64,000 nucleotides of DNA from Vicugna vicugna (Eukaryota): positions 3,856,419 through 3,920,418 of the forward strand of contig MU058198.1 of assembly GCA_013265495.1 (NCBI GenBank), in the 5' to 3' direction. Of this stretch, positions 10,351 through 24,950 are shown in pieces. Made by a program: the position numbers and the translations under genes. Below the pieces are notes generated by a model. That model saw nothing but the letters and a program-made list of their open reading frames with translations. It was not told where the DNA came from and made no database searches. Position 1 is the first letter of the stretch. Each line of letters opens with the position of its first letter.

Positions 10351-13300
10351 TTTTAGCAAGGGAGGAGTTATCAGACAAATGTCTTAATTATTAAAATAAA
10401 AGATCCCCTTCCCCCCCAACACACACAAATTCAAAGACTTTTGCTTTCAAAGGAGACTCTCTAGACTGGGTTGGAAGCACAAATAGGAGCCCTGAGTTTC
10501 AGGTGTTCTTAGCACCAGCTGACGCCACCTCCATGCTGGCCCCCAGGGGGTACTGCTCCAAGAACAGAAAAAAACAACAGCAAAGCCGTTTACTGAGCGC
10601 TGCCCAGGTAATCAGCCAGGGCCTTACATGCACGTCTTTCATTTTACTCTCGCGGCCATGGAAGAGATAGCTACTGCTCATTACCATCCTCACTTTACAG
10701 AAATGAAAACTGAGGCTTAGAAAGTTTAAGACTCTCACTCAAAGTCACGCATCTAGTAGGTGGTTGAGCTGAGGTCTGACTCCAGCTCAGTGTGTCTGTG
10801 AGACCTGTGCTCTCCACCAACATGTGGAATTTCTTCCAAGGATGCCATTGCCAAGCCCCAAAGTGACGTGAATCTGACGTTCACCTTGAACAAGCCAAGC
10901 CCGGCTTCCTGCGGGGAAGGAGGAAGGCAGAAGTGAGGCTGACCTCCAGGTGGGGCTTTCCTATTCAGAGGGAGCTGAGTGAATAGGTGGGCTCCCAGGA
11001 TGGGAGGTGGACATGTTTGTCTGCCTGTGCATACAATCCAAAGCCAGCTCTCTCCTCCTCTCCCTTGTTTCTCTTCTCTCCTCCTCCCCTCCCACTCTCT
11101 TCTGTTTTCTTTTCCAAAACGGAGAACTTAGAGAAACTGGGAAGCCTTTGACCTCTCTCCATTGTCTCACAGTAGCCAACAGGTCATCGTGGTTAAAGGT
11201 GTCAACTCTGGAGTCAGAATGATCTGGGTTGGAAACCAACTTGCTATCCTCAAGCAAATTTCATGAGATTCTCTAAGCCTCCTGTCTCCCTGGCAGCATA
11301 ACCATCCCACTCAGTGTCTTGTCTTACCTATTAGAGCATCATCTCCTTGGGGACCAGCCAATGTCCATGCCTCTCGGCTTATGGGTCCTGAGGGAAACTG
11401 CGTAACACTGGGCAAATATTGATTCTCAATAATTAAATTCCATGGTGTTTTAAAGTGAGGCTGTGGACTAGTAAGGGGAGAAGGAAAATGAATCTACCTT
11501 TAAGGGCTTCTGTGTTGTCCTGAAATTTAATGAACACTAACTCAACTCTGTGAAGTAGGCGTAATTACTCCCATTGGATAAAGGAGGAAAATGAAACTTG
11601 ATAGGGTCAGGATAATCCCACTGGGATTGCAGAGCTAAAAAAGTGGTGGTGGTGGTGATGGTAACTACTATGTATTGAGCATCTGCTCTGAGTAGGAACT
11701 ACGCGAAGGGATTTTCACTCTCATTTAATCCTACAACAACCCGACAGGTAAATCCTCTCATTATTCCCTTTTACAGATGAGAAAACTGAGGCTCCAAAAG
11801 AGTGAGTGACTTTCGAGGGCACTCAGTTAGTACGTGTGGGAACTGGGATTCGCACCCAGGTCTTTCAGATTCCTTAGAAGTGTGATTTGCCCTTGCTCTG
11901 GTGGTGAAGGCTTTGGTGGCAGTTGTTCCAATTTAAACCTTCAGCTTCTTGGACCATTTCCAAATGGAGTCTCATGCAGCTGTAGAGGAGGCCAGGACTT
12001 TGGAAGAAGAAACCAGCTCCCATCTGCCCACCTCCATCCCTTCATCTTCTGGGCTCCGTGGGCATCGCTTGCATGGCAAGATTTCGCATCCTGTCTCATG
12101 GCCACACGTACCGTCTGTGCTTGGCACAGCCTGCTCTCTCCCTGGAACATCTGTGGCTCACTACTACTGTGAGTGATTCTATTTTCCACACATCTCCAGC
12201 TCGTTAGAAAGCAAGGCTCCTATTTGTTGGTGGATGTTTGCAATCTGAAGCTGAAACACTGCAAAATGATGATTGAGTTGATTCACACTGGGGGAGAGCC
12301 TGTGACACATAAACGCGCACACACGCACACGTACATGCACGAGACACTTAATCAGTGGGGACTGAGCTGGCCCCTGATCCAGGGGGTGCAGTAACTTTGT
12401 CTGCTGAGGGCCATCTGGCTCCTGGTGACGGTTGCTGAGCTGGGAGCTTTTCATGCAGCGATGGTGGTCTTGCCTGGTCAGGGCTGCGGTCCAAATATCC
12501 TCTGGGCCACCCAACCGGCTGAAGTGTCAGTGCCTTGGGGAAACACTGCCTCACCAAAGGTAATGAGGAAGCGGAAATAAACAGCGGCCACCCCAGCAGA
12601 CCCAGGGCTGTGCAGAGAGGAAAGAGGTTCCCCTCTGTACGCATCTTAGAACTTCCTCAATGTTCCTCCCAGATTCTCCACTTCTGGTCTTTGGCCAAAT
12701 GCAATCTTTAAAAATATACATTTGGCAAGAATCTGCAAAAAAAAAAAAAAAATCCCCTCAGATTGTTATGTGATGGTGGGGAAAAGACACATTTTTTTTT
12801 AAACTCTAAAAAAAGCACCTTAGCATTTGTAGGCTTTTATAATTCTGAAACAGCTGAAATGCTAAAACTTTCAAGTTGGCAGGATTGAAACTGAAATCTG
12901 CAAAGCCGGTTCAATTTGACAAGAGTGGGAGCCTTGCATTTCAGAGGGATTTGATGAAGCCTGTGGGCCTGAGCCGTCAACGCCACGGGTGGCCACCCAC
13001 TCGCAGGGAGCCCTTCATGCCTGGGTCCTTGTCTCCCTTCCGGCTTCCCACAGAGCTCATTTTCAGGGGCTCTCTGGGCTCAGTTCACCAAGGCTGCCCG
13101 CTGCCCTCGGAGCAGCTAGGAGCACAAAATAGTGGATGGGGATTCGGGCTGTGAAGCCAGATCACCTGGGCCGGCCGCCCTGATTCCACTACCCATAAAC
13201 TCTGGGACCTTGTTCAAGTGACTTAATTCTTCTGTGCCTCAGTTTCCTCATCTGTAAAATGGGGACAAAACCACCCCTTGGGATTGCTGTGGGGGCTCAG

Positions 13301-16300
13301 TGAGTCATGTCTTAAAAGCTCCTTAGAACAGGATGAAGTACATGCGAAACATTTAATAATGCTAACTCTTATTTATTAGCAGAGAAAACTCAACCACAAA
13401 GAAAGATTTGGGATCATGGCTAGGAATGGTGGGAGGCCCAGTGGTGGTGGATTACAGAGGCTTAGAATGTAGGAAGTCAGGGGTGAGGTTAGGACAAAAT
13501 CATCATAAACATAATCAGGACCTACTGTGTTTTGGAAGCTTTACAGGGTTTCAAAATTAATATTTAATATATTTGTTGATTTATATCCATCTTCTTCCAG
13601 AAAAAAATTTAAGGTGTTTTCTAGGCACATAAAATAAGAAAAGATAGGTCCAATTTTTTAAATTGGACTAAATAAAAATGGAGACAGAACCAAGTCAAGA
13701 ATGGGGGTAAAATGCATCTGATAATGAAATACATTCTTGCCAAGGGTAGTTCATAAAGGCTGCCTATAAACCAGGGCTTCCCTGAAGCCCCTGGACTAGG
13801 GGACGCCTGGTCAACTGCCCGCCACGGCGCTCAGGATGCAGGTAAGCCCGGCGGCTGAGCAGACCTGCTGCCAGACCCACCCAGGCTCCCAGACAGGCAG
13901 CACGGCTGGTCCCTGGGCAAATTAATCCCTCGGAATTTGAGTTCCATTATCTGTAAAGGGATAGTAATTGTAGTCATGAGGTTATTTTGAAGGTAAAACG
14001 ACATAGTAGATGCATTTCTCACAGCACCAGCCACTTAGTAAGTGTTCAATAAACCATCGCTGAAATAAATTTCAGAATATATCGATACATACCACTCTCT
14101 TTGGTACCAAGATCAGATAGGAACATCTCCCATCCTAAGAGGATGCTGTTTCACATAACAAAAGATGATGTCCTCAACATGGGTGAATGGGAAGGTCCCC
14201 AAAGCCACAGTGCACAGCGCTGAGGAGCATGATGGGAGTGGTTCAGGTCACTTACTGGCGGTGCGACCTCGGGCACATCACTTTCCTGGGACTCAGCTCC
14301 TATGTCTGTAAACGAGCAGAACACCAGGACCTCCCTTACATAGGATTATTATGGAAATTATGCGAGATGATAATTGACAAGGTATTTGGCCTCGTTTTGG
14401 TATGTAGTTGGCACTGCGTGGCTGTATTGTTTGTTGCTGATGTTGACAGCACTGTGATTCATCTCCGCTGGTCTGGCTTGATCCAGCAGGACGCTCAGAA
14501 TGCCCTGGAGGTGGGTGGTCTGCGTGTCCGGCCGCCCTTGCTGGATAATCTCCTACGTGCGATGCCACGTTTACAGACTGCACTTCCAGGCAAACGTTCA
14601 ATGATTTTATCTTATCAACTAAGGACAAACCATACTGGCTTAAATAATCAAGTGAGAGACAGAGGTATCATTTAGGAGAAGACAAGGGGCCCTTTGAGGG
14701 CCTGGGCCTGGATAAAAGGCCATTTCAGTATCCACCTTAGAACTATTGTGTTGGTGAAAGCTGGGTGCACCGATCTGAAGTACTATGGCTTAATGATTAA
14801 GAGTTCAGCATAGGAGTCAGACTGTTCTAGGTTCAAGGCCTGCTTCTGTGACTAACTGGCTGTGTGACCTGGGACAAATTACTTAACCCCTCTGTGCCTC
14901 AGTTGCCTCATCTGTTAAGCAAAAAGGGAGAGACAATAATAGCACCAACCTCATAGGACTGTGATAGCAAATTAGTACTTGTAAGATGAGTTGTGCAGGG
15001 GCACACAGTCAAATCAGCCTAAGTGTCAGTGGTTATTATTATAGAGTGAATGGAAGGTGAGACCCTGAAGACGGAATGGGGGTGGAAGAAAGGGTTAAGG
15101 AGGTTGTACTGCTGAAGGGAGAGAGAGGATGGAGTCTCAGCATGAACCAGTGGAGAGAGACAGACTCTGGGAATAGGAGGGGTGGTTACAGATGAGGTAA
15201 GGACATGGGGGCGACAGACAAGACCGGCTCCTGGGCACAGGTGGAGCGGATAATCGGGTGCGCGGAGGTGGAAGGCATTCAGGAGGAGCAAGGTGGCAGC
15301 TAAGTTTAGCGCTGGAAGGGAGGGATTTGAATATGCATGAACTGTCCTACCGCTGTGCCAAACGGCTTGGTTTCTCAATCGTGCCTCATGAGGAGTCATG
15401 AATGGGGAAACAGAGTCAGCAGAAATCTCCTTGGGGAGGGCTGTCTGTGCTGGTTTCTCCTGGGTTGAGGGCCCTGGCTTTCCTGCCCCTCTTAGGGGAT
15501 GGACGGGAGAGGGGCCTGCCTTCCCTTTGTCCAGTGAAACTAGCCGTTTAGGGACAGTGGATTGGCAGGGAGCTGGGCATTGATTCCTTTCTGACATAAT
15601 GAGAACTGGTCTTGAGTCATAGCTTGCACACAACCAGAAATGGGGAAGGGTCCTGGCTCATTTCCAGGCATCATCCCTGGAGCTCACACCCCCCCTACCC
15701 AGTCCTGCCCTCTCCTCCTTATCTCCCATCCCCTCCCCAGCCTCTCTCCTCTCCCCTTCTTCCTCCCTACCCCTCTTCTCCCGTTCCCTCTTTATCTCTC
15801 TCCCACAAATCTATATTCAGTTTCTGTCTTCCAAAAAGAAAAAGTGAGTAGGAGGACAAATTGTTTAAAAGCAACGCATCTATTTTAACAAGATGCTTTT
15901 TCCTTTGAGTCAGTCCTAAGAAATCTGGGTACAATTTCAGCCAGAATGAACCAAACAATAATCCTGAAAAATGAACTGGATTAGGGGAAAGAGCCTAAAC
16001 TCCCCAGACAGGATGGGGAACAGGCATGGACAGGGAGGATGTCACTCCGGTGTGTTGGAAAGGAAACCAAACCCAGGTGTGTGATTAGAAGACCTGAAAG
16101 TCAGGGAGACAATAAAACATCTATTCAGTTATTTGGATGTCAAGTCCACCCTGTGTCAAACATCCAGCTCTTGGAAACATTTGGATGATTGCTTGGGTAG
16201 ACCTGGCTTTTCAGATCTTGGCCACTCTAGACGTGGGCCCCCATCCAAGTCAAGAAGTCTTTGTCCCCTGGATTTAAAGATCCTGGTGCTGTCAAGAAAA

Positions 16301-19300
16301 TATTGACTTCTTCTCTATTGGCAAACCAGAATCTTAGCTCTAGTCTCAGCTCTGCCCCTAATTTTGCTCTGTGTCGTGGAATAAACCATGCCCTTGGCAG
16401 CCCTGTTTCCTTCTTTATACAATGAGAGATTTAGACTAGATGACTTCAAGGGTCCTCCGACTCTGACCTTCAGTCTCTGGTTCTCTTTATCCTTGTCACT
16501 CCATTTGACAGCCACTTACGTGTGGACTTTGGAGTCACGCTGCCAGCGTTCCAATCTTGCCTCCATCCCTGGCAGCTGTGAATCTTTGCACAAGTTACTT
16601 TGAACTCTGAGTCCTCAGTTTCTTCATCCGTGAAATGGATAACGATAGGGCTGTTCACTTTGTGTTCCCCACTGCACTCAAGAGAGCATATCAGAAAACA
16701 GCTGAGTGAGAAGAGAATCTGCCCTGATTTACAGAAGTAAAGGGTACATCACTGGCACATTTCAGAACGTACACCGTTCCCGGTAATGAGCGTCTTGTGA
16801 TACCCTCTGCAATTGACAGGGAGAGACTCTGCAGCTGAGATTTGGTTTCTCCTCTGATTTGGTTCCATTTCAGTTTCCGCTTGAGAAAGCTGAGGACCAG
16901 AGGGGCAAACGTCTCTGCCCAGCCAACAGATGTTTTTGAGTGCCTGCTGGAAGTGCCAAGGGAGATCTAGAAAGGGGAAGTTCTCTCTCACTCTTAGACC
17001 CTGCATTTGCTTCTAGGATTCAGACTGGAAGCATTATGGGCGGGGGGAAAACAAAACGAAACCCTTGAATCAAGAGCTTTCCGATCCTCCTGCCTCTATT
17101 CCCCATCCGTCGGATCTATAGCCCCTTCTGCTGCTGCAGGAACGTGTTCTCACAGATAACTGCTCTTGCCTGCCTCGTCTCCCTTCTGAGAAAATTTGCT
17201 GCTTCTGAAAAGATGTATTCTTCCTACAAGCTTTGTGTTGTGCACCTGATCATAGGTGCAGGAGCAAGAAGATGAATCTAGGTAGTAAAATTGCTTCCCT
17301 GTGCTTATCTGCAAATTCTTAACTTACAGAGGGCATCAGAAGAAGACACCAGAACGTCTCCCCTCCAGGCAGCTGGGCCAGCATCCCCTTGGCTTGGGAA
17401 TGAGAAATCCCCTGAATTAGCCAGCGTGAAGGGACACAACAACATCCCTGCTGGCAGCAGAGCGACCTGTGCCAAAGCCACAGGGTTCCCCGCCGCTGTT
17501 CATTAATGCTGCCCGGAGGCCATGGGAGAAGTCCGCCTGCTCTGATGGGCAGAAGGTCCAGGTTCCAGGGCACTGGAGGAGATAATTGTCTTTATAGCCC
17601 GGGGATGCTTGGCAAGGAGGTCAAGTGACTTTTTACACTCCCAAAAAGTCTAAGCAGATGATGGTGATGAAACCGTATTGTCCTTAACTCTTGGCAAAAC
17701 AAATGAAAGATATTCTAGAAGCCTCATGCTATAGTAGAAAGAACAAGGTGGGGTCTGAGACCCAGGATCTTGCCAGTTATGGGCCCTGTGTCAGCTTATC
17801 TGGCAAAATCAGAAAAATGATTCTTGCCCTGCATATTTCATGGGGCTGTTATGAGAACTAAATGAGATGCTAGGTGTTAAAGGATTTTGAGATATACATT
17901 GCACATCTTCATTCATCCAGATGATGGATACTGAGTGTTCATTAGACGCCAGGCACTGGGGATAGGGTGGCACTAGGTGGTACCTGCTCTCACTTTGCCC
18001 TCTACCAGCCAGGTGAGCTGGAAGTCCAATTTCTTTCCTCAGGTGTCTCTCTAAGTCTCCAGGTTGCTTCCAAATGGTCTGTCAAATTTCTTTAGACGTG
18101 CAGCTTGAACTGAAGCCAGATGTGCTCCCTGGAGGCTATGGTGTGTCACAGCTGCCACCTGGGATGCCAGCTTCGAAAAGGACCTCCATGCAGCCAAGCC
18201 ACCCAGCCTGCTCTTGGGATGGGGAAAGCCCCAGTAGATTCTCAAAGTGTTACTTCCAGCCCTGATGGCAGCAATATCTGAGTCTCCAGAGAGGGTGCAA
18301 TTTTCCACCCAGGCTGCTGTGATCCTTGAAGGTGTGAATAATAAAAACAGCTGACTTTTACTGAGTGATTTAGCAATTTATGGACTGGGTGTTATTCTGA
18401 GCATATTTCATACAATAACTCATTTAATCCTTAAAACAATTCTAAGAGGGAATTATTAGGATGATCCCCATTTTACAGGTGAGGAGACTAAGGCTTGGAG
18501 AGATTAAGTGGCCCTCCGAGGTCACAGCTGTCTATGAGAGAGCCAGGATTTGCACCAGAGCCATCACTCTAAATAACAAGCTCCACTGGAGGAGATAAGG
18601 AGAAGTTTGCAGAAGGTGCATCACATCAAAATAAGATGTACAGATCTTCAGATTCAAGTTCAAGTCTTCCGTCAGGAGTGCTCCCAGAGTCCACTGATCC
18701 CTGGCGGTCTTTCCCTCTCGTTGAGTTGGGTCCTGATCCTGTGTCCTTGCGCCCCCAGAGTGACTTCCATCTAGGGGTCCGTATTGCCCCTCCGGCACCA
18801 TCAGCTGGACCAGTTTGCAGTGACTAGGGTTTCACAACTTCACGTCTTGGTCTCCTTCTATAACTTTGTCCTCTGAATGTGCAGCTCTTCCAGAACTACA
18901 GATCAACTATTTCTCCTGCAGAAAACCAAATTAAACCTCTTCCTCACCAGACACCCAGCTGTGGATAAAAAATTAATCAATTACTTTTGAGATAAGAGTT
19001 GCAAAGAAGCAGCTCAGGGGCCATGACGAGACTGCTCTTATCTCTGAAGACAGTCCTCAACTGTTCTCTGGAAAGGGAGGCTGGGTTTGCTGGGGATGCG
19101 GGCTCATCCTGGTGGATGTTTCAGGATCTACAGGCTCCCCTATAACCTTTCTCTCTTTCTCTCTCTCTCTGTCCCCTCCTTAAGTAGAGATATTAAAGCA
19201 TTAACCCTTCTCATTCCTTGATGTATGTAACACTACTGTGCTATGGATCCAAGATTCTCAGAATACCACGAAGCGGAAGACAGGGGGGACTCTTGGTGCC

Positions 19301-20099
19301 TATGTGAGTTGCAAAAGTCCCAAGGAGGTGATGCCTGGGCCAGAAAGGGATTTGTCATTTATTCAGAGTTTCCCGGTCATTTGGGGTCTGCAAATGGCCT
19401 TCAAACAAGGACAGGAGCTGAGCGCACAGCCGGCAGCAGTATCCTCAGTCCCGGACGCACAGACAATTCCCCAGGAAGTGTTTAAAAGTATCAGTGCCTG
19501 GCCTCCCTCCTCCAGACCTGATTAAGCCAGAATTCAAGGCACCTGCTTGCTTTGAAGCTGCTCAGGGGATGGAGGTAGGCAGCCCGGAGGAGGACTGCTG
19601 TGCTGTGGGAGCAAGTCCTCCAAAAGCCAACAGGAAAATCCTCTCAGTGAGAAGTGGAATGGAGAGGGGACGTGGGGCAAACACAGTAGAGGATGCCCGG
19701 GCCATCCGTTTACTCAGTACGTGTTTATTGAGAACCTACTATACGCCGGGTGGTCTGAAGACTCCCCCAGGCTCGGCTACCTGAGCAAACAGAAACCTCT
19801 TTGAGGCTGAGGCTTCTGAGAGCCGTCCAAGAAAGCAGCCCAGAGTGATGGGGTGGGGTAGGGGGTTCGTGAGAAGATCTCTGCAAGGGTCTAGAGCCCC
19901 TCCGCCCCATGTGGGCCACTTTGTTCTGTTTCCCAGACATGTTCAGCCACAAAACTCTTGCACTGAAAAGATCTCCTTGTGTTTCTCTAGTGGCCTTGAG
20001 AAAGGGAAATACCAGCTCCGACCCCATAGCTGCCTGATGCCGTGGGATGAATGGGAGTCCACGGCCTGGGGCCTGGAATCCTGTGGGGTTTTTTTTTTA

Positions 20100-21930
20100 C
20101 ATTTATGACTATACATATAATTTATACATATAAAATGGTATTATATGCATAATGGCTTTTCTTTTTTACTATAGAAGCAACGCATTATTCACTATAGAAA
20201 ACTTAGAAAATAAAAATTAGTTTGAATGTAGCCATAATTATTCTCTTAGCCCAAGTTATAACTTGAGTATATATTTTTACATTTTCTACTCTATATAGTT
20301 AGCTCTTATTTTGAACCCAAATGGGATGATGCTGTACATTTTTTGTAACATGCTGTTTCATTTACTAAAGCATCCTGATCGCCTTTTCTACGGCAGCTAA
20401 CGTTTGATCACATCACCTAATGACTGGATAGTATTTCATTGTATGATGGACCATAACGTCTTCAGTTGATCTCCCCTTCTTGGGTTATTTAGTTTGCTTC
20501 CAGTTAAAAACAAAAGACACACACCGGTCATTGTGAATAAATTTCTTGCAGACATTTGTGATATCCGTATGACAGAATTTCTGGAACTGAAATGACTGAG
20601 TCAAAAGATGAGCATATTTTTAAGTAAACTTTTTACTTAGAATAGTTTGAGATTTATAGAAAAGCTGCATAGACAGGACAGAGGGTTCCTGAATCCCCCA
20701 CATTCAGTTTCCTCTGCGGTTAAGATCTTACATGAATATGACACATCTGCCCCAACTAATGACCCAATACGAACACATTATTAACTCAACCCTGTACTTT
20801 ATTCTGATTTCCTTGGTTTTAGCCTAATGTCCTTTTTCTGTTTCTGGATCCCATCCAGGATGTGGTATTATGTTTAGTCATCACATCGCTTTAGGCTCCT
20901 CTAGCTTGTGACAGTTTTTCCTTGTTTTTTGATGACCTTGATCTTTTTGCAAAGTACGGACCAGGTATTCTGTAGAATGTCCCTCCACTTGGCCTTGTCT
21001 GCTGTTTTTCTCATGAGGTCATAGGGTTTTGAGAGGAGGACCATGAAAAGGGCCACTCTCATCCCATGCCACCAAGGGTACGTGCTATGAGCAAGACTTA
21101 CCACTTATCACTTACATATGAAACGGAGGTCATGGGGATTGAACTCAGGACCTCATGCATGCTAAGCAGGTGCTCTACCACTGAGCTATACCCTCCCGCC
21201 ATGCCTTATCACTCTTGATGTTGACTGGCCCACCCGACTGAGGTCATGTCTATCTGGTTTCTTCCCTCCCCCCCCCGCCCCCTGCTTTCCGTACTGTGCT
21301 ATTTGGAAAGAAATTCCCCTACACAGCCCATACCTAATGAGTCGGGAGCGATGCTCCCCTTCCTTGAGGGGGCAGCATCCACAAACATTATTTAGAATCC
21401 TTCTGTACAGGAGAAGTGTCCATTCTCCACCCCTGCTCATTCATTTATATCAGTATGGACTCACAGATATTTATTTTAGACTTTGGATTATAATCCATTA
21501 CTCCATTATTTATTTTGTTGCTTCAGTCGTTCTAGCTTTGGCCTTTGAGAGCTCTTTCCCTTTGGCACGTCCCCATCGGTGTGTCTGAGAAGGTCTTTAT
21601 TTTCTGGCCTGCAGGATGCTCCAGGTGCATCGTGTAGATTTCCTGCCCTAGAAGAGGTCCTTTTTTTCCCAAGAATTTCTGGTTCCTTTTACTGCAGAGT
21701 GAGACTAGAAACCAAGGCTGGGGGACAGCAATGCCCATTGCTGTTTATTCTAGGCCCTCCTGGCTGACAGAGCTTGGAAATGTATGTGTGTGTATTAAGC
21801 CATATGTAGAGACATAGCTGTAATTGTTTCTGTGTTTATCTGTTTATATCTGTATTAAGCTAAACATAAGTTTACACTCACGTCTCCAATTCGAATCCAG
21901 TACGACATGGTTTACTCTAGACTTCTCCCT
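20100..21930 (-). mobile_element. Nested antisense L1 3' ends (L1ME-like, then L1MC/MD-like from ~20620)
   Basis: gaatagtttgagatttatagaaaagctgcatagacaggacagagggttcc and ccaggtattctgtagaatgtccctc are L1M 3' UTR signatures. Confidence 0.7.
21113..21204 (-). mobile_element. tRNA-Ala-derived SINE inserted in an older L1
   Basis: Reverse complement of the same SINE body, flanked by CTTATCACT at 21104-21112 and 21205-21213. Confidence 0.85.
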
Positions 21931-21942
21931 CCTTGAAGTTAG

Positions 21943-21945
<3 letters not shown>

Positions 21946-22003
<58 letters not shown>
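21946..22003. repeat. (TA)n microsatellite at the tail of an antisense L1
   Basis: About 29 uninterrupted TA units. Confidence 0.98.
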
Positions 22004-22007
<4 letters not shown>

Positions 22008-22600
22008 ATTGCAATATAGTTGACATACAATATTACATTGGTTTCAGGTGTGCTACATAGTGATTTGACTTTTGCGTACATTATGAAATAATCACCAGGA
22101 TAAGGCTAGTAACCATCTGTCTCCATACAAAGTTACTGTAATATTATTCACCATATCCCTTATGCTGTACATTACATCCCTGTGGCTTATTTTAAAACTG
22201 GAGGCTTGTCTCCTTTTCATCCATTTTGCTCACATCCACACCGCCTCCTGTCTGGCAAATACCCGTTTGTTCTCTGTATCTCTGAGTCTGTTTTTGTTTT
22301 GTTTTACTTATTTCCTCGTCTTGGTTTGTTCTTAGATTCTACATATAAGTGAGATCATATGGTATTTTTCTCTCTCTGTCTGACTTATTTCACTTCTAGA
22401 TCCATCTATGTTGTACAAGTGGCAAGATTTCATCTTTTTCTTTATGTCTGAATGATATTCCATGGTGTATGTACCCCGATCTTCTTTATCCATTTGTCTC
22501 TTGATGCACACAGAAGTTGCTTCCATAGCTGAGCTATTATAAACAATGTTGCAATGGACATTGGTGTGCATATATTTTTTTCAAATTAGTATTTTTGTTT
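22004..22600 (-). mobile_element. L1 3' end, antisense
   Basis: tttattgcaatatagttgacatacaatattacattggtttcagg...tagattctacatataagtgagatcatatggtattt...gcaatggacattggtgtgcatatattttt. Confidence 0.85.
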
Positions 22601-23107
22601 TGAATATAGCTATATTTTAAAGATTTTTGACTTATATCACCAGACTGCCTTCCATGATCTTCTTTTTCGGAGGGGTAGGGGGAAGGTAGGAGTTGGAGAA
22701 CTATGTCCTGAACCTACTTGCTGCCAGTCGGATTTTAACAAAGTTGATTGCACACATGCACAGCATAGAATGACGCATCCTAAGGTAACATTTCCCACAC
22801 CCTGTAAAAGGATTTACAGTCCTTTTTGCTTGAAGAGATCAAAATCTGAAAGTACTTGTGTGCACAACTCACCCACTTTGAGAACCAGAGGACACTAACA
22901 TCAGAGACGCACTGCAGGTGGAACTCTGCGGTTATTTCTACTCCGGTTTCTCATTTGCAGAGTGCTTTTCTGAGCTATGACTAAGATCTTTTGACCTGAG
23001 TGGCTTCCAAACTGCTTTTAAGTCCAGATAAAGACTTAATCTTTTGTTCCCAACTCGTGGACCTGGGACGTCATGGGGCAAACAATGGAGTCCTGAGTCA
23101 GTAGACA

Positions 23108-23390
23108 AGGGTATTAAACTCAGGTGCCTACAGAGCCAGGTGGGTTACAAACAGGAAAGGGGGTGTGGCCATGGCAAACTGGAAATCTCACGGCCTGTTA
23201 CAGAAATGTGGATCCACAGTTGCCTGGTCTTCTGATTTTTTTTTTGGAAGGAGCCAGAAATCTAGATTTTTGTGGGAACCCCTGTAGTTTTTAAATATTG
23301 GCTATGATTGGCAATCTTTCCAAAACTCTGGAAGAGCCAACCAAAATATGTTCTCTGGCAGGGTTCAGAACCCCTGTTTCAGACCTTGGT
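23108..23390. mobile_element. hAT-Charlie MITE (MER102-like)
   Basis: aaactcaggtgcctacagagccagg...aggagccagaaatctagattttt...tttttaaatattggc. Confidence 0.45.
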
Positions 23391-24478
23391 TTTTGTACCC
23401 TCTTGTTGACAGAAAAAACACAACGACTCAATTATGCGGGGATCCACAACCATCTTTTATTATAAAAGGGTCCCACATACTACAAAATTTGAGTAACACT
23501 GGATGACTTTGTCTTGCAAAAAATTCACCTTTAGTTCTTTCCTGGGTCAATGAGTTTCCAGACAAGTCAGAATCCAGATTCTCTGGAGGGTGAGGGATTA
23601 AGACTGGAATGTGGCAAACCATCAGCTGGAGGACAAGTCAAGTCAACTTCTCACTCCGTGTGGCGTTAGGAGCACTGTGGTGTCTCACCCACCTCCCAAC
23701 ACAGTCACGGCCAGTGTGCGGGCAGCGAGGGACATCTGCCCACGCTCTGTGATGGTGTATCCCCCATCCCCTGCAGTCTTCCTTGCTTCTTTTCTGATTC
23801 CTGACTCCTCCGGGGAGGTGAGGATCAGTCTGAAGGCATCGCACAAGGCAGGGATTGGGGCTGGGGGAACGATTACCCACCTACTAAGATTAAGCCTCTG
23901 AATGAAAACCACACCTCTTCCGTTCATCTTGGCGTGCAGACTATGTTCTTTCATCCAAAAGAATACTATTAGTTGGCAACAAAAAAAGCCGTGCTATTAA
24001 CGATCGTTTTCTTATAGTTTAAAATAGCTGTTTATTCTGCCGATCCTCTGTACTTCACTAGATCTGCACCACCTTTCTGCTTCCTGAGATCCCTGTGGCC
24101 GGGGCACAGATCGGGCTTGAAAGTCATCACTTGGGTGAGTTACTCCTCATGGGCTAGTGCCCAGTGTTTAGTGAGATGACATAGATAGGGCTTCTAGATT
24201 AAAGCCCAGGACACTGTAAATTTCTAATCTCGCCCCCGCTCTCCTAATCCCCGGCTTCCCTAGGGCTCCCGGCAACATGGAGAGCGAGAGAAGTCACTCA
24301 GCTTTCTCCTGTTTGTCCTCATCTCTTGTCTTTCGGATACGCTTTTCTCCTCCAATCCATTTTCCTCAGTGTCACCTGAGTCATCTTTTGAAAGCACCCA
24401 GAAGGTCGAGCGATCCTTCTGCTTAATATTCTCCAGTGGCTTTTCGTGGCGCTTTAAAAACAAGCCTATTGGCGGGTT

Positions 24479-24586
24479 GGGGGTGTCTAGTTCAGTGGTA
24501 CAGTGCGTGCTTGGCATGAATGAGGTCCTGGGTTCAATCCCAGTATCTCCATTTTTTTTAATTAAAATTTTAAAAAATTAAAAAAT
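24479..24586 (+). mobile_element. tRNA-Ala-derived SINE (diverged)
   Basis: tagttcagtggtacagtgcgtgcttggcatgaatgaggtcctgggttcaatcc plus AT-rich tail. Confidence 0.85.
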
Positions 24587-24619
24587 AGAAGGAAGCTTCC
24601 TTATCACAGCCCCAAACCT

Positions 24620-24950
24620 TGCTACGCAAAGTCTGGTCCTTGGACCAGGGGCATCAGAATCATCTGGGAGTTTGTTAGAAATGCAGCTGTTGAACCCAAC
24701 CTACAGAACCAGAATCTGCATTTTCACAAGATGCTCCAGGGACTGGGCTGCACATCAGAGTGGAAGACACACTGGGCTTCCTGGCACCTCGCTAGAGGTT
24801 CTCATCCCTGGCTGGACCTTGAGTCACCTGGGGAGTTTTTAAACACACCCCTACCTGGGCCCCATCCCACTGTGGTGCGTTCCAGGCACTGGTGTTTTTG
24901 AAAAGCTCCCCAGGTGGTTGTAAGGTACAACTGGGGATGAAAAACTGCTT
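24620..24950. mobile_element. Two adjacent MER5-type hAT MITEs
   Basis: ggcatcagaatcatctgggagtttgttagaaatgcag...gaatctgcattttcacaag, then gagtcacctggggagtttttaaa...aagctccccaggtg. Confidence 0.75.
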
